A stretch of DNA of 64,000 nt from Thermoanaerobaculia bacterium (GCA_963664405.1 OY761158.1:1664001-1728000), one strand, 5' to 3'; counted from the stretch's first letter, positions 18,922 through 29,610 are shown. Program-made: numbers and translations. The notes: generated from the sequence alone by a model not told the origin.

Positions 18922-21249
18922 CGAAACACCTCCATCACGAGATGTTGCGACGACCAGTTGAATCCGCCTACAACACGAGTGTCCAAATGATGCCGGGCTT
19001 GGTAACCCGCAGGAAGCAGGACTTTGGCCGCCCTTCAGTTAACGGAGGCATCAGCACCGAGCTCGGCGTCTTCATCGACGGCGTCGACGTCAGCATGCCC
19101 CGTCGTGGCGGCGAGCTGCAATTTCAGATCCCGTCGACCGTAATCACCAATACCCGGATGGAAACGTCGGGTTTCGCCCCCGAGTACGGCCGCGCGACCA
19201 GCGGTGTCATGAACTCGACGATCAAGACCGGCACCAACACCTTCCACGGCGATTTTCTCTATATCGGCCAGAACCCGAAGTGGCGGTCCGAGGACTGGCT
19301 CGGGATCGAGCGTCCTGACGATCAGATCAACAGCTTCGAGGCCGGCCTCGGTGGGCCGATCTGGCGCGACAAGGCCTGGTTCTTCGCTTCCTACAACGAA
19401 CTGAATGACAACCGGCTCGACCGAACGCGGTCTGGCGACACATTCGATGTCACTCGCTCATCAGAACCGCTCATCGGCAAGGTGAACTTCCAGCCCGGGA
19501 GCCGCCATCAGGTCGCGGTGACGGCGATCGACTCGCCGTCCTCAGCGATCGGTGCCGGGGGAGTCGGCGACCAGTACGCCGTCATGACCTTTCCGATCAA
19601 CAACAGGATCCAGACCGGGACCTGGAGCTTCGCCATGACCAGCTCCGCGTTCCTCGAAACCAAGCTGGCCAACCGCGAACAGGTGGTGGGACGCGTTGCT
19701 GCCCCCCCCGCCCCGATCATCCCCGGCGTGTCTTTTGACGATCCCAACGGCAACGACTTCCGCTACCAAGATCTCAACGACGGTTTGCGATACAACGGTC
19801 CCTCGATACGCCTGGGCGCTGGGTTCAACGACTATCCGCGCGATCAGGCGAATGCCTCGGTGACCCTGTTCAAGGGAAATCACGAGCTCAAGGGCGGCGT
19901 CGACTTCCAGGACGTCACTTTCAACAACCTGACCAGCATCGAGACCGAGTTTCGCGGCCGTGGTTTCTGCCGAGAGTGCACCGGAGGCTTCCTCGCTCCG
20001 TCCACCAAGCGGGTCTTCGAGATCGGCCCGCCGGTCTCGATGAATAGCCTTATGAGTGCAGCTTATGTCCAGGACCGGCTGGACGTCGGTGACAAGCTGA
20101 CCTTCAACGTGGGGCTGCGCTACGACGAACAGTGGATCGACAACGACCTCAACGAGCGAGTCAACGAGTACAGCGAGTGGGCGCCGCGCGCAACCGTGGT
20201 CTACGACATCAACGCCGACGGCAGGCTGCTGGTGCGCGGCAGCTTGGGGCGCTACTACCACAACATCGGCCTCGGTGTCGTCTTCACGGAATTCACCCGC
20301 GGCAACAACGGTGAGAACATCTACGACCAGTTCCTCTTTAACTCTGCGACCGGGTTTTACGACCGCTTTCAGCGCCACGTCGAGCCGGTCGCGGGTGACG
20401 CCATCTCGGGCATCGTGCCCCACTACAAAGACGAGGCCTCGTTGGGCTTCGACTGGCAGTTCGCCGACAACTGGATCTTCACCTCGCGCTTCACCGTAAG
20501 CGAGATTGACAACATCTTCCACTCCAGCCTTCAGTACGACGAAGCTGGCGCAGTCGTCCGCGATCTGCGCAACTGGCCCAACAACACACGTGAGCATCAG
20601 GGTCTCACGATGAGGGTCAACCGAGCGTTTCGTAACAACTGGTCGATGAACGCCAACGTGAGTTTTCTCCCCACCGACGGCACCATCGATTCCATCACAG
20701 ACACTTCCGATCACAATGAAGCCATGGGTGGCTGCACGCTGCCGGGAGGAGGTGGCCTTTGCAACGTCACCAGCACATCCCTTTGGGACGGAGCGCTCGC
20801 GGTGGACAGGGATTACTTGGTCAACCTCGTCGGCATGAAGCGTTGGGTGTTCGGCAAGCATGACGTCATGACCAGTGCTTTCTTCCACTATTCCGCCGGT
20901 GAGGCCTGGGGATTGGCGCCCAGAGCGAATGTCTTTCACCCGGTGTCCGGACAGAGAGTCCGTACTACGGGTCGCCTCGAAGCGAGGGACGCCAATAGCC
21001 TCGAGGACTCCTACACCCTCAGCTTGAATGCGACCTACCAGTTCCCGATCGGGGGTAGGTTTCAGGGCATTATCGGCGCTGAGGCCTCCAACGTCACCGA
21101 CGAGTCGCACCAGGTCCGCGTCAACACACGGAACGGCAACCTGACCACTGGGCTCGATGCTTTCACTTTTCCGCGGGAGTTCCGCCTCAAGCTCGGTTTC
21201 AGGTTCTAAGCACGCCGAGACATAGATCGGTTTAGCTCAGATTCCGAGA

Positions 21250-21280
21250 CACCGGCGGCTTCGGCCGCCGGGGTTCTTTT
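21250..21280 (+). terminator. Rho-independent terminator (paralog of 6004)
   Basis: CCGGCGGC-TTCG-GCCGCCGG followed by TTCTTTT. Confidence 0.8.
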
Positions 21281-21328
21281 ATGTCTGAAGGTCACTCGAC
21301 GGCCTCGACGACTGGCCCGCGCTGCTGA

Positions 21329-21568
21329 TCAACGGTCGAGGGTACCGGGTGCTGCGATCCATTCTGTGGGCTGGCCGGGTGTGGCGGGGCTTTGGACCAC
21401 CAGGCTCGCCATTCTGGTCGTCTTGTGCATCCCCGCCATGCTCTTGGGCGTGCGCCTCGGCGCTCTAGTGAAGCGGGTCGATCAAACCCGAGCGTTTCGA
21501 GCTCTGGGTCAGAGCCCTGCTGATCCTGATCGGCATTCTCCTCATCACCCAGACCTTGGTCGGGCTAG
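21329..21568. pseudogene. vapC 3' remnant (minus strand, 21329-21378) joined to a TauE/SafE-like membrane protein 3' remnant (plus strand)
   Basis: Matches 53984-54033; then GLWTTRLAILVVLCIPAMLLGVRLG...LLILIGILLI. Confidence 0.6.
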
Positions 21569-21692
21569 GAGTCTGCGCGGCGGAATAAGCAACGGTGCTG
21601 CCCGAAGCGAATAAGAAGCAAGCTCAAAGTGCGCCGTCCTCGGCGCCAAAAAAGAACTAGGCGGAGGAAATGACAGCGATCATTTCTGGAGC

Positions 21693-23360
21693 CTAGTTGA
21701 GGACCAGCCTGATCACCGATCCGTGGTGGTTCTCGATGTGCCGGGTCGGCCCGTTGGAGTTACAGGTCCACACATTGCCTTCCGCGTCGAACTCGATCTC
21801 GCGAGTGTAGGTCACACGCGTCGGCATCCGGTACTCGGTGAAGTCCTCTGTCTCCGGGTCGAATCGCAACATCGAATCGGTGCCAGTGCCGGTGATCCAG
21901 ATGTCTCCTGTCTTCGGGTGGATGTTGAGAGCGTAAGGAAAGGAGTTGGCCCCATGTGGCAGATCGTAGACCGTCCACTCTTCGAGCACAGGCTCGAAGG
22001 ACGCGATATTCCCGCTTGCCCAGCCTGGAACCCAGACGATGCCATCCGGCGCCACATGCAAACGACGCGGCCCGTGCACCGGGGGCTTCCACTCGACGAT
22101 CTGCTCGGGGCTGCCATCGGCAGCCTCGGGATCGACCCGACCGACGCGCTGGCCGTGCAGCTTCGAGTACCAGACCTTGTGGTCGGGAGCGATGTCGAGG
22201 CCGTAGGGGGTGACGCCCCGCGACTCGCCGCCGGCGCCGCCGCCGCGGACCTGATTGGCATCCGGCAGATCGTAGAACTTGACCTCGTAGGTCTCGGGAT
22301 CGAGCGAAAAGACTCCGAGCCCGGCATCGGTCCACCACACAATACCCGTCTCGTGATCGATGCGCAGAGTGTGTGGGTAGCCGGAGCGCTTGCGAGTCGG
22401 GTGCCCCGACACCACGGTGTACTCCTTGGTCTTGGGATCGAATTTGGCCATCTCGCCGGAGAGACACAGAGTCAGCCACATATCGCCGTTGGCGGCCATC
22501 TCGATCGAGTGGGGTCCCTTGATCGGCGAGCTGGTGTCGCCGAAGACTTTGCCGCCGGGGATGGAATAGGTCGCGCGCTCACCGGTATCGAGATCGAGCC
22601 GGAGGACTGCGTCGTTGCTTGAATCGACGGCGTAGACGCTGCCGTCCAGGCCGACCTCGAGATCGTGAATAAAAGAGTAGTCTTCGAGCCCCATCTGCCA
22701 CTCGGTGATCTCGACATCGAGAGCTGCACCCGAGGGTGCCGGCGGCGGCGTGTAGGTCGGCCAATCCTTCTCGGCATCTCTGCCGTAGGTCATCACCAGG
22801 CGATCCACCAAATTCTCCTGGGTGTGGGCATACAGACCCTTGAAGCCATCCATGCGGGTGATCATGACCTCCCAGTCCACCGGCTCTTCAGGTGAGCGAA
22901 AGCCCAGTGTTCCGAGTTGATGGCAGTAGGCGCACATCATCTTGAAGTTGAGCGCATCCGCTTCGTTGTCGAACTCGAGCAGATCGAGGAGATCATTGGC
23001 CGGGCGCTGCATGTTGAGATCCCGCGCTGGAGCCATCACCAGCTCGATCGAATCAAAAGGAGCCTCGGGCTCCACCATCGTGTCCTCGAGCCCGATCAGA
23101 CGCGCCCGCAGGTCATAGTCGCGGTCCGCCGGAAGCTCGTCGATGCGAAAGCTACCGTCTTCACGGCTGAAAACGGAGATGCTCCGCTCTTCGTCGCGGT
23201 CGAAAACGGTGACGATCGCGCCACGCACCGGCTTCGAGCTCTGGTCGACGACAGTGCCGGCGAACGAGACCGCGTCCGGTACGTCGACGGCATTCTTGGC
23301 CCAGGTGCCGAAGGCGAGGCAGACGAGAAGGAGAGCGAGAAGAAGCGGACTCTTACGCAT
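21693..23360 (-). CDS. Secreted carboxypeptidase-regulatory-like domain + cytochrome c + Vgb-like beta-propeller protein
   Basis: GTVVDQSSKPVRGA; CAYCH heme motif; repeats such as GPHSIE, YPHTLR, PYGLD, GPRRL. Confidence 0.8.
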   Translation of the reverse strand: MRKSPLLLALLLVCLAFGTWAKNAVDVPDAVSFAGTVVDQSSKPVRGAIVTVFDRDEERSISVFSREDGSFRIDELPADRDYDLRARLIGLEDTMVEPEAPFDSIELVMAPARDLNMQRPANDLLDLLEFDNEADALNFKMMCAYCHQLGTLGFRSPEEPVDWEVMITRMDGFKGLYAHTQENLVDRLVMTYGRDAEKDWPTYTPPPAPSGAALDVEITEWQMGLEDYSFIHDLEVGLDGSVYAVDSSNDAVLRLDLDTGERATYSIPGGKVFGDTSSPIKGPHSIEMAANGDMWLTLCLSGEMAKFDPKTKEYTVVSGHPTRKRSGYPHTLRIDHETGIVWWTDAGLGVFSLDPETYEVKFYDLPDANQVRGGGAGGESRGVTPYGLDIAPDHKVWYSKLHGQRVGRVDPEAADGSPEQIVEWKPPVHGPRRLHVAPDGIVWVPGWASGNIASFEPVLEEWTVYDLPHGANSFPYALNIHPKTGDIWITGTGTDSMLRFDPETEDFTEYRMPTRVTYTREIEFDAEGNVWTCNSNGPTRHIENHHGSVIRLVLN

Positions 23361-23524
23361 GACGGAACCTTCCCTTGCACGAGGAGGAATGTAGGAACGC
23401 AAGCATTATAACGGGTGCTGAAGTCCTGCGTGCTACTCGATCCTCCTCTACCGCCTGACGGAGGAGGACGTCGCCGCCGCGCTCGACTGAGTATAGAATG
23501 CCTCCCGACTTCGGGAGGTGCTCA

Positions 23525-25045
23525 ATGAGGGTGGAGAGGGTGGTTTTGCTTCCGCTCGCCGTGCTCGCCGCGTCGTGCGCCGACCCGGCGTCCGACTCCC
23601 GATCGGTCGCGCCGGCCTCGAGCTCCACGGCCCTCCGGGAAGCCAGGGGCGAAGATGCTCGCAACCTCGGCACCGGCGGCTTCGCCAAGACGCTCTGCTC
23701 GATGCTCTTCATCAGCGAGCACCCCGACGACTTCGCCGAGGCGCATGCGATGCGCGTCGCGACGCACTTGATGAAGCTGCCCGCGGCGGACGCGTCTGAG
23801 CTGACCTACGAGGTGGATCGGAGCGAGCGCCTCGTTCGCGCATCGCTGGGAGACGCGATCACTCGTGTCGCCAAGCGCTACGGGGACCAGGGCTGTGTTC
23901 TTCATCCGGACGACCACGACGGTATCCATTTCGTGCCCGTGCCGGTCGAAACGACGCTTCCGGATCGAGACCGAACACCGTGGCCGATGGGGGACGTCCT
24001 CCCGGACGACCCGCTCCCACCCGAGGTGGACGAGGTAAAGCTCGAAGCGGCGATCGCCCTCGCATTCCAGCCGCCCTCTCCGGTCTCCGCGTTGGTCGTG
24101 CTCTATCGCGGTCGGCTCGTCGGCGAGCGCTACGCGGAGGGCATCACGAAGGACACGCTTCTTGAGAACTGGTCGATGGGGAAGAGCTTGACCGCGACAC
24201 TCGCGGCTCGGGTCATGCATCGAGACGGCGACCTCGGCCTCGACGATCCCGCTCCCGTCCCCGCGTGGCGCGTGCCCGGGGACCCACGCGGCGCCATCAC
24301 GATGGCACACCTGTTTCGGATGTCGAGCGGACTCCAGTTCTCGCTCTTCGAGGTCCTCGAACGTGGCGCCGACGGGCTCTATCACGTAACGGGGGACTAC
24401 CCCGACCACTACTACGTGTATTCCGGTGCGATCGACGTGTTCCGCTATGTGACGAGCCGGCCGCTCCAGTACGAGCCTGGCACGGTGGGCCGGTATCGCA
24501 ATACCGATCCGTTGACGCTCGGCTTCATCGTGAAGCAGCGCGCCGAAGCCCGCGGCGAGGAGTACTTGACCTTTCCACAGCGGGAATTATTCGACGCGAT
24601 CGGAATCCGGGAGCTCGTTCTCGAGACCGATCCGTACGGCAACTTCGTTTCCTCGGGCTTCGAGCTCGGCCGAGCGCGCGACTGGGCGCGGTTGGGCCAG
24701 CTCTACTTGCAAGACGGCGTGTGGAACGACGAGCGTCTCCTGCCGGAGGGTTTCGTCGACTTCGTGCGCACTCCCGCCCCCGCGTGGGAGAACGAGGAGA
24801 ACGAGAAGAGCGTGCCGCGATACGGCGGCATGTGGTGGCTCAACACGACCGGCGAATGGAGCGCACCGGAGGATGCCTACTACGCGGCTGGAGCCGGCGG
24901 CCAGAACACGATCGTCATCCCGTCGCGGGAGATCGTCGTCGTGCGCCTGACCGACTACGAAGTGTCCGGCTCTTCGGCCGTCGGGAAGACACGCACCGAT
25001 ACGGCGCTCGCCGCGATCCTTAGCGCGATTGGCGAGCCTTCGTAG
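23525..25045 (+). CDS. Serine hydrolase, beta-lactamase class C-like lipoprotein
   Basis: WSMGKS (SxxK), YRN, LFRMSSGL, ARDWARLGQLYL. Confidence 0.88.
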   Translation: MRVERVVLLPLAVLAASCADPASDSRSVAPASSSTALREARGEDARNLGTGGFAKTLCSMLFISEHPDDFAEAHAMRVATHLMKLPAADASELTYEVDRSERLVRASLGDAITRVAKRYGDQGCVLHPDDHDGIHFVPVPVETTLPDRDRTPWPMGDVLPDDPLPPEVDEVKLEAAIALAFQPPSPVSALVVLYRGRLVGERYAEGITKDTLLENWSMGKSLTATLAARVMHRDGDLGLDDPAPVPAWRVPGDPRGAITMAHLFRMSSGLQFSLFEVLERGADGLYHVTGDYPDHYYVYSGAIDVFRYVTSRPLQYEPGTVGRYRNTDPLTLGFIVKQRAEARGEEYLTFPQRELFDAIGIRELVLETDPYGNFVSSGFELGRARDWARLGQLYLQDGVWNDERLLPEGFVDFVRTPAPAWENEENEKSVPRYGGMWWLNTTGEWSAPEDAYYAAGAGGQNTIVIPSREIVVVRLTDYEVSGSSAVGKTRTDTALAAILSAIGEPS

Positions 25046-25086
25046 GCGAGAGCGCTAAGGGCGTTCCCCCGTCAGGACCGCCCGCT

Positions 25087-26112
25087 TTACCTCGAGCGCG
25101 CCGACGCCGCCTCCTCCGCCCGCGCTCCAGCGAGGATCCCCTCCATGGCGTAGTTGCCCTCGTGACAGGCGAACTCGAAGATATCGTCGGGCGACTTCTT
25201 GAGCGGGATCATCACGGTCCATGGCGCCGTCCACGTCTGCGGATCGTCGAGCGTGACCACGTACTCCAGAGTGTCGGGCCCCACCCGAGTCAGCCGTTCC
25301 ACGAGCTGTAGGTTGCCGGTCGCTCCCCGATAGCCACCAGCGTCCGAGAAGCCGCGGGTCTCGATGACCAGAGTCTCGCCTTCCCAGTAACCCCTCGAGT
25401 CTCCGTGCCAAAGCCGGAAGTCCTCCGCCAGGTGGGGCCTGCCGTCGATCGGGATGACGCGGGCGGCGTGGATCATCTCCATGACCAGGACGACGTGGTC
25501 CTCGCTCTGGACGATTTGGCTGTAGCTGTTGTAGGCGGCCATGAGGCGGGGCACGCCGAAGGAGATGCAGCGCTCGGGGAGGCTGCGATCCTCCGGACCC
25601 GCTGCCGGTCGCTCCCTGGACGCACCGTACGCGGCGGCACGTTTCTCGCCTTCGTCCGTCAGGGCGGGCAGGCGGCCGTTCGGAGGGTCGACGATCAGCG
25701 ACGTACGATTGTCCCAGTCGCGCTCGGCGACCCAGAACTGGTTGTAGTTGCCGGTGCCGGCGTGGGTCGACGTGAACGACTCTGCCTCGTTCAGAGCGGC
25801 GTTGAAGACGCTGTCGCCAAACCCGGCATCGTCACTATCGAGAGCGAAGAGCGACTCCGCCCTCTGCTTCATCGAGGCCAGCTCGGCGTCGGTGAGAGTC
25901 TCCCGACCGGCTAAGGCCTCGGGCCGCTCGAGCGGTGTGACGTTGTTGTTGGCCCAGACCCCCTGGAGATCGGGCTGACCGAACACGTTGCGCGGCGCCT
26001 TCCAGCCGCTGTCGGCGGCCGCCCCGGCTGCGGCGACGGCCGGCACGACAGCAACGATTCCCAGGAGTGTCAGGGCGAATGACCACGGCCCCTCAAAATT
26101 CTTTAAAGTCAT
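25087..26112 (-). CDS. Conserved secreted hypothetical protein
   Basis: Signal peptide, GQPDLQGVW, GDSRGYWEGETLVIET, FEFACHEGN. Confidence 0.8.
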   Translation of the reverse strand: MTLKNFEGPWSFALTLLGIVAVVPAVAAAGAAADSGWKAPRNVFGQPDLQGVWANNNVTPLERPEALAGRETLTDAELASMKQRAESLFALDSDDAGFGDSVFNAALNEAESFTSTHAGTGNYNQFWVAERDWDNRTSLIVDPPNGRLPALTDEGEKRAAAYGASRERPAAGPEDRSLPERCISFGVPRLMAAYNSYSQIVQSEDHVVLVMEMIHAARVIPIDGRPHLAEDFRLWHGDSRGYWEGETLVIETRGFSDAGGYRGATGNLQLVERLTRVGPDTLEYVVTLDDPQTWTAPWTVMIPLKKSPDDIFEFACHEGNYAMEGILAGARAEEAASARSR

Positions 26113-26198
26113 ACGATTAACGACGTTACAGTATCAAGACCGAAGGGCTTTGTCGCCGTGTAGAATGGCGTCGAAACGACACTACGGAGGAGTGGGCC

Positions 26199-27371
26199 AT
26201 GAGCCAAGGAGGGCGCTTCAACGCCATTGCGCTCGAACGTGTGGTATTCGGTCGCCCGGCCGCCGAGGTCGTGCCCGGAGAGCTCGAGCGGCTGGGCCGC
26301 TCGCGGGCCTGCCTGCTGGTGAGCGACAGCTTGCGGACGGGCACCTCCGTGGTCTCGGATTTAGAGGAGGCGCTGGGAGGCGCGGCAGTGGGGACCTACT
26401 CCGGGATGCCGCCGCACACCCCCCGCGAGGCAGTGATCGAATGTGCGGCGCTTGCCCGCGAAAGCAGAGCCGACATCATCGTCACTTTAGGAGGAGGATC
26501 GCTTACTGATGCCGGCAAGGTGGTTCAGCTTTGCCTGGAACATGACGTCACCGCGCCCGAGGGGCTCGAGAAATTCATCACCCGTACCGGGGCGGACGGC
26601 AGCGTGGAGAGCCCCTCGATCCGGGCGCCGCGGGTGCGGCAGCTCACCTTACCGACCACGCTCTCCGGGGGGGAGTTCGGAACCGTTGCAGGCTGCACCG
26701 ACAGCGTGCGGCAGAGAAAGCAAACGGTCCGGCACCCGTTGTTCGTGCCGCAGGTCGTGGTGCTCGACCCGGCGCTGACCTTGCACACGCCCGAGTGGTT
26801 GTGGCTCTCGACAGGTATTCGCGCGGTCGACCATGCAGTGGAGGCACTGTGCTCGCCGCGCGCGACCGCGCACTCCGACGGGTCCGCCCTGCATGCGCTG
26901 CGTCTGCTCGGCGCGGGCTTGCCGCGTTCCAAGGCGGACCCCGCAGACCTCGATGCCCGGCTGGATTGTCAGCTCGGGGTATGGGCCTCGATGGCGCCCA
27001 ACCAGGATGGCATCCCGATGGGCGCGAGCCACGGGATCGGTCATGTCCTCGGCGGCACCTGCGGGGTGCCTCACGGGCACACGTCGTGCGTCATGCTGCC
27101 CGCGGTCCTCGAGTGGAACGCCGAGGCGAATCCCCAGGCGCAAGCGCGGGTGAGCGAAGCACTGGGGCGCCCGGGCGAGCCCGCGTCGCAGGTGGTGGGC
27201 GAGCTCGTGCGAGAGCTCGGTCTGCCCCGGAGCTTGACCGAGGTTGGCGTCTCGAGGGAGCAGTTCGACCTGGTGGCGAGGAACGCGATGCACGATCGAT
27301 TCATTCACACCAATCCTCGGGCGATCCACGGTCCCGAGGACGTTCTCGAAATTCTCGAACTTGCCGCTTGA
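26199..27371 (+). CDS. Iron-containing alcohol dehydrogenase / maleylacetate reductase-like
   Basis: GGGSLTDAGK, PTTLSG, DHAVE, HGIGH, PHG. Confidence 0.9.
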   Translation: MSQGGRFNAIALERVVFGRPAAEVVPGELERLGRSRACLLVSDSLRTGTSVVSDLEEALGGAAVGTYSGMPPHTPREAVIECAALARESRADIIVTLGGGSLTDAGKVVQLCLEHDVTAPEGLEKFITRTGADGSVESPSIRAPRVRQLTLPTTLSGGEFGTVAGCTDSVRQRKQTVRHPLFVPQVVVLDPALTLHTPEWLWLSTGIRAVDHAVEALCSPRATAHSDGSALHALRLLGAGLPRSKADPADLDARLDCQLGVWASMAPNQDGIPMGASHGIGHVLGGTCGVPHGHTSCVMLPAVLEWNAEANPQAQARVSEALGRPGEPASQVVGELVRELGLPRSLTEVGVSREQFDLVARNAMHDRFIHTNPRAIHGPEDVLEILELAA

Positions 27372-27474
27372 GGTTGACGAGGGGCTCCTCGGCTCGGAAG
27401 AGGCGCTCCACCCTAATGTGGGGGCCAGCGCTCCGCGCCGATGATGAGACGCTCGGACTGAGTCAGCTCCTAGG

Positions 27475-27600
27475 GCCGGGCGTCCAGGGCACCCCACCTC
27501 ACCGCTTGCTCGTCGCTCGGCTCCTCCGACGTACGCCAAAGTACGCCTGCGTCACCTCGCTCCTGCGCAGCGGCGATCTGGGGCACCCTGAACGCCCGGC
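27475..27600. repeat. MITE-like palindromic element
   Basis: 22-bp imperfect TIR (19/22) GCCGGGCGTCCAGGGCACCCCA / TGGGGCACCCTGAACGCCCGGC; inner hairpin CGTAC-N6-GTACG. Confidence 0.7.
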
Positions 27601-27828
27601 ACGAGTTCACTTCGATAGAAACTTGATTCATACGGCACGAATGTGAGCTATTGGAGATACCCAGTGAACACTGCCCAGAAATACCTCGAAAATCTGCGCA
27701 TTCCGTGGGTCCGCCTGCGCCTACCGGGTATGACTCACTGAAGCCTTATATGCAGCGGTGTTCACTGTACTATCCAGTGTAGGAGGCGTCTCCAGACGCC
27801 AATGTCTTCGTCTGCGAAAGGAAACCAT

Positions 27829-28605
27829 ATGCGTTTGCAGGATAAAGTCGCCGTCGTCACTGGCGGCGGACGCGGGATTGGCCGGGCGATTGCCCTGGCT
27901 TTGGCACGAGAAGGGGCCGATGTGGTCGTGACCGCGCGCACCACGAGCGAGATCGAGGGGGTCGCCGCAGAGGTCAAAGCCCTGGGCCGTACCGGCCTTG
28001 CGCTCCCGGTGGACCTCAGTCAGCGTGAGGCCATTCAGCCCTGTGTGCAAGAGATCTTCTCGCGCTTTCCCACCGTAGATATTTTGGTGAACAACGCCGC
28101 CATTGGGGGAATGCAAGACCCCAAACTGCTCACCGAGTACGATGACGACTTTTGGGACATGAGCCTCCTGGTGAATCTCACAGTACCTTATCTGCTCACG
28201 AAGGCTTTTCTGCCCGCGATGATTGCGCAGGGGTGGGGACGGATTATCAATATCTCGTCGGGCTCCGGGAAGCGGGGGGCGGTGCACCGGGCAGCCTATA
28301 GCGCCAGCAAACATGGATTGCTTGGTCTCACCCAAACCGCCGCCCTGGAAGTCGCGACCACCGGGGTCACGGTCAATGCGATCTGTCCCGGCCCTATCCG
28401 CACGGTGATGCTCACCCGGCTCCTCCAGCACCGAGCCGAGAGCCAGGGGCAAACGCTCGCCGAGGTGGAAAAGTCGACCAATCCGATGCAGCGACTTTTG
28501 GAGCCGGAAGAGATTGCTGATCTGGCCGTCTACCTGGCGTCCGATGCTGCGCACGGCATTACGGGTCAGTCGTTGAACGTCAATGGCGGCTCCGTTATGC
28601 ATTAG
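27829..28605 (+). CDS. Short-chain dehydrogenase/reductase
   Basis: TGGGRGIG, NNAA, YSASK, NAICPG. Confidence 0.93.
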   Translation: MRLQDKVAVVTGGGRGIGRAIALALAREGADVVVTARTTSEIEGVAAEVKALGRTGLALPVDLSQREAIQPCVQEIFSRFPTVDILVNNAAIGGMQDPKLLTEYDDDFWDMSLLVNLTVPYLLTKAFLPAMIAQGWGRIINISSGSGKRGAVHRAAYSASKHGLLGLTQTAALEVATTGVTVNAICPGPIRTVMLTRLLQHRAESQGQTLAEVEKSTNPMQRLLEPEEIADLAVYLASDAAHGITGQSLNVNGGSVMH

Positions 28606-28725
28606 CATGGACCTCATCGGTCGAATACCCCAGCTCGCACAACATCTCTTTCGTGTGCTCGCCATCGGGCAGCGGGTGCCGGCGAACGCTGGCCGGGCGA
28701 TAGAAGAAAGTCCGAAGGAGAAGAG

Positions 28726-29610
28726 ATGACGATCGACATCCGAGACCCACGCTTTCTGGACATCGTCGACGAGGGCCTGGAGCTCGAGACCCTGGCCGAC
28801 GGCTTTCGCTTCACCGAGGGACCGATCTGGCATCCACGAGAAAAGCACCTCATCTTCAGCGACATTCCGTCCAATCGAACGCACCGCTGGAGCGAGAGTG
28901 AAGGCCTCTCCGTCCATCGCGAGCCGAGCGAGCGCGCCAACGGCAACACCTACGACCGCCAGGGAAGGATCCTCTCCTGCGAGCATGCCACCTCCCGAGT
29001 CACTCGAGAAGAGGCCGACGGCTCACGAACGATCCTCGCCTCCCACTATCAGGGCAAGGAGCTCAACAGCCCCAACGACATCGTGGTCCGAGAGAACGGT
29101 GACATCTTCTTCACCGACCCGACCTACGGCCGGAACACCAGGGTCGAGCGGGAGCCCGAGCTCGATTTCCAAGGTGTCTACAAGATCGACGGTGCGAATG
29201 GGGACCTGACGCTACTGCGGAGCGATTTCGAGCAACCGAACGGGCTCGCCTTCACCGTCGATCATCGCGAGCTCTACGTCGCCGACTCGCCGCGCATGCA
29301 CATCCGAAAGTTCCAGGTCGCCGACGACAGCTCACTCTCCGGCGGCGAGGTCTTCGCTGAATCGACCGGTGAGGGTACCGGCGTGCCTGACGGTCTCAAG
29401 GTGGCCTCGACCGGGCACGTTTTCTGTGCCGGTCCGGGAGGTGTCCACGTCTACGAGCCAGATGACGGCATCTGTCTCGGCGTCATCCGCACCCCCGCCT
29501 TCTGCGCCAACTTCACCTGGGGCGGGGACGATCTGCTGACCTTCTTTCTGACCTCCTCGCAGCATCTCTACCGTACACGGGTGAAGGTAGCCGGCATCCC
29601 TCTGTTCTGA
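28726..29610 (+). CDS. SMP-30/gluconolactonase family protein
   Basis: FTEGPIW, NSPND, FTDP, PNG, PDG. Confidence 0.92.
   Translation: MTIDIRDPRFLDIVDEGLELETLADGFRFTEGPIWHPREKHLIFSDIPSNRTHRWSESEGLSVHREPSERANGNTYDRQGRILSCEHATSRVTREEADGSRTILASHYQGKELNSPNDIVVRENGDIFFTDPTYGRNTRVEREPELDFQGVYKIDGANGDLTLLRSDFEQPNGLAFTVDHRELYVADSPRMHIRKFQVADDSSLSGGEVFAESTGEGTGVPDGLKVASTGHVFCAGPGGVHVYEPDDGICLGVIRTPAFCANFTWGGDDLLTFFLTSSQHLYRTRVKVAGIPLF

Larger units (their letters stand above)
17025..18968. mobile_element. Composite insertion: IS30 end (79 bp) + IS3-family right-end remnant + complete IS30-family element
   Basis: Ends CTTGGGTTCAAGGGGTCGTCGCAAC / GTTGCGACGACCAGTTGAATCCGCC; TAC duplicated at 17022-17024 and 18969-18971. 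Confidence 0.88.
16566..21209 (+). pseudogene. Oar-like TonB-dependent receptor paralog interrupted by an IS composite
   Basis: 16566-17024 and 18972-21209 align with 3271-5964; broken at TRNY|NTSV. Confidence 0.93.

Noticed and set aside
18777-18968. N-terminus of the 810-aa ORF as a real protein start
   Set aside because: It is antisense IS30 sequence read through into the interrupted receptor.
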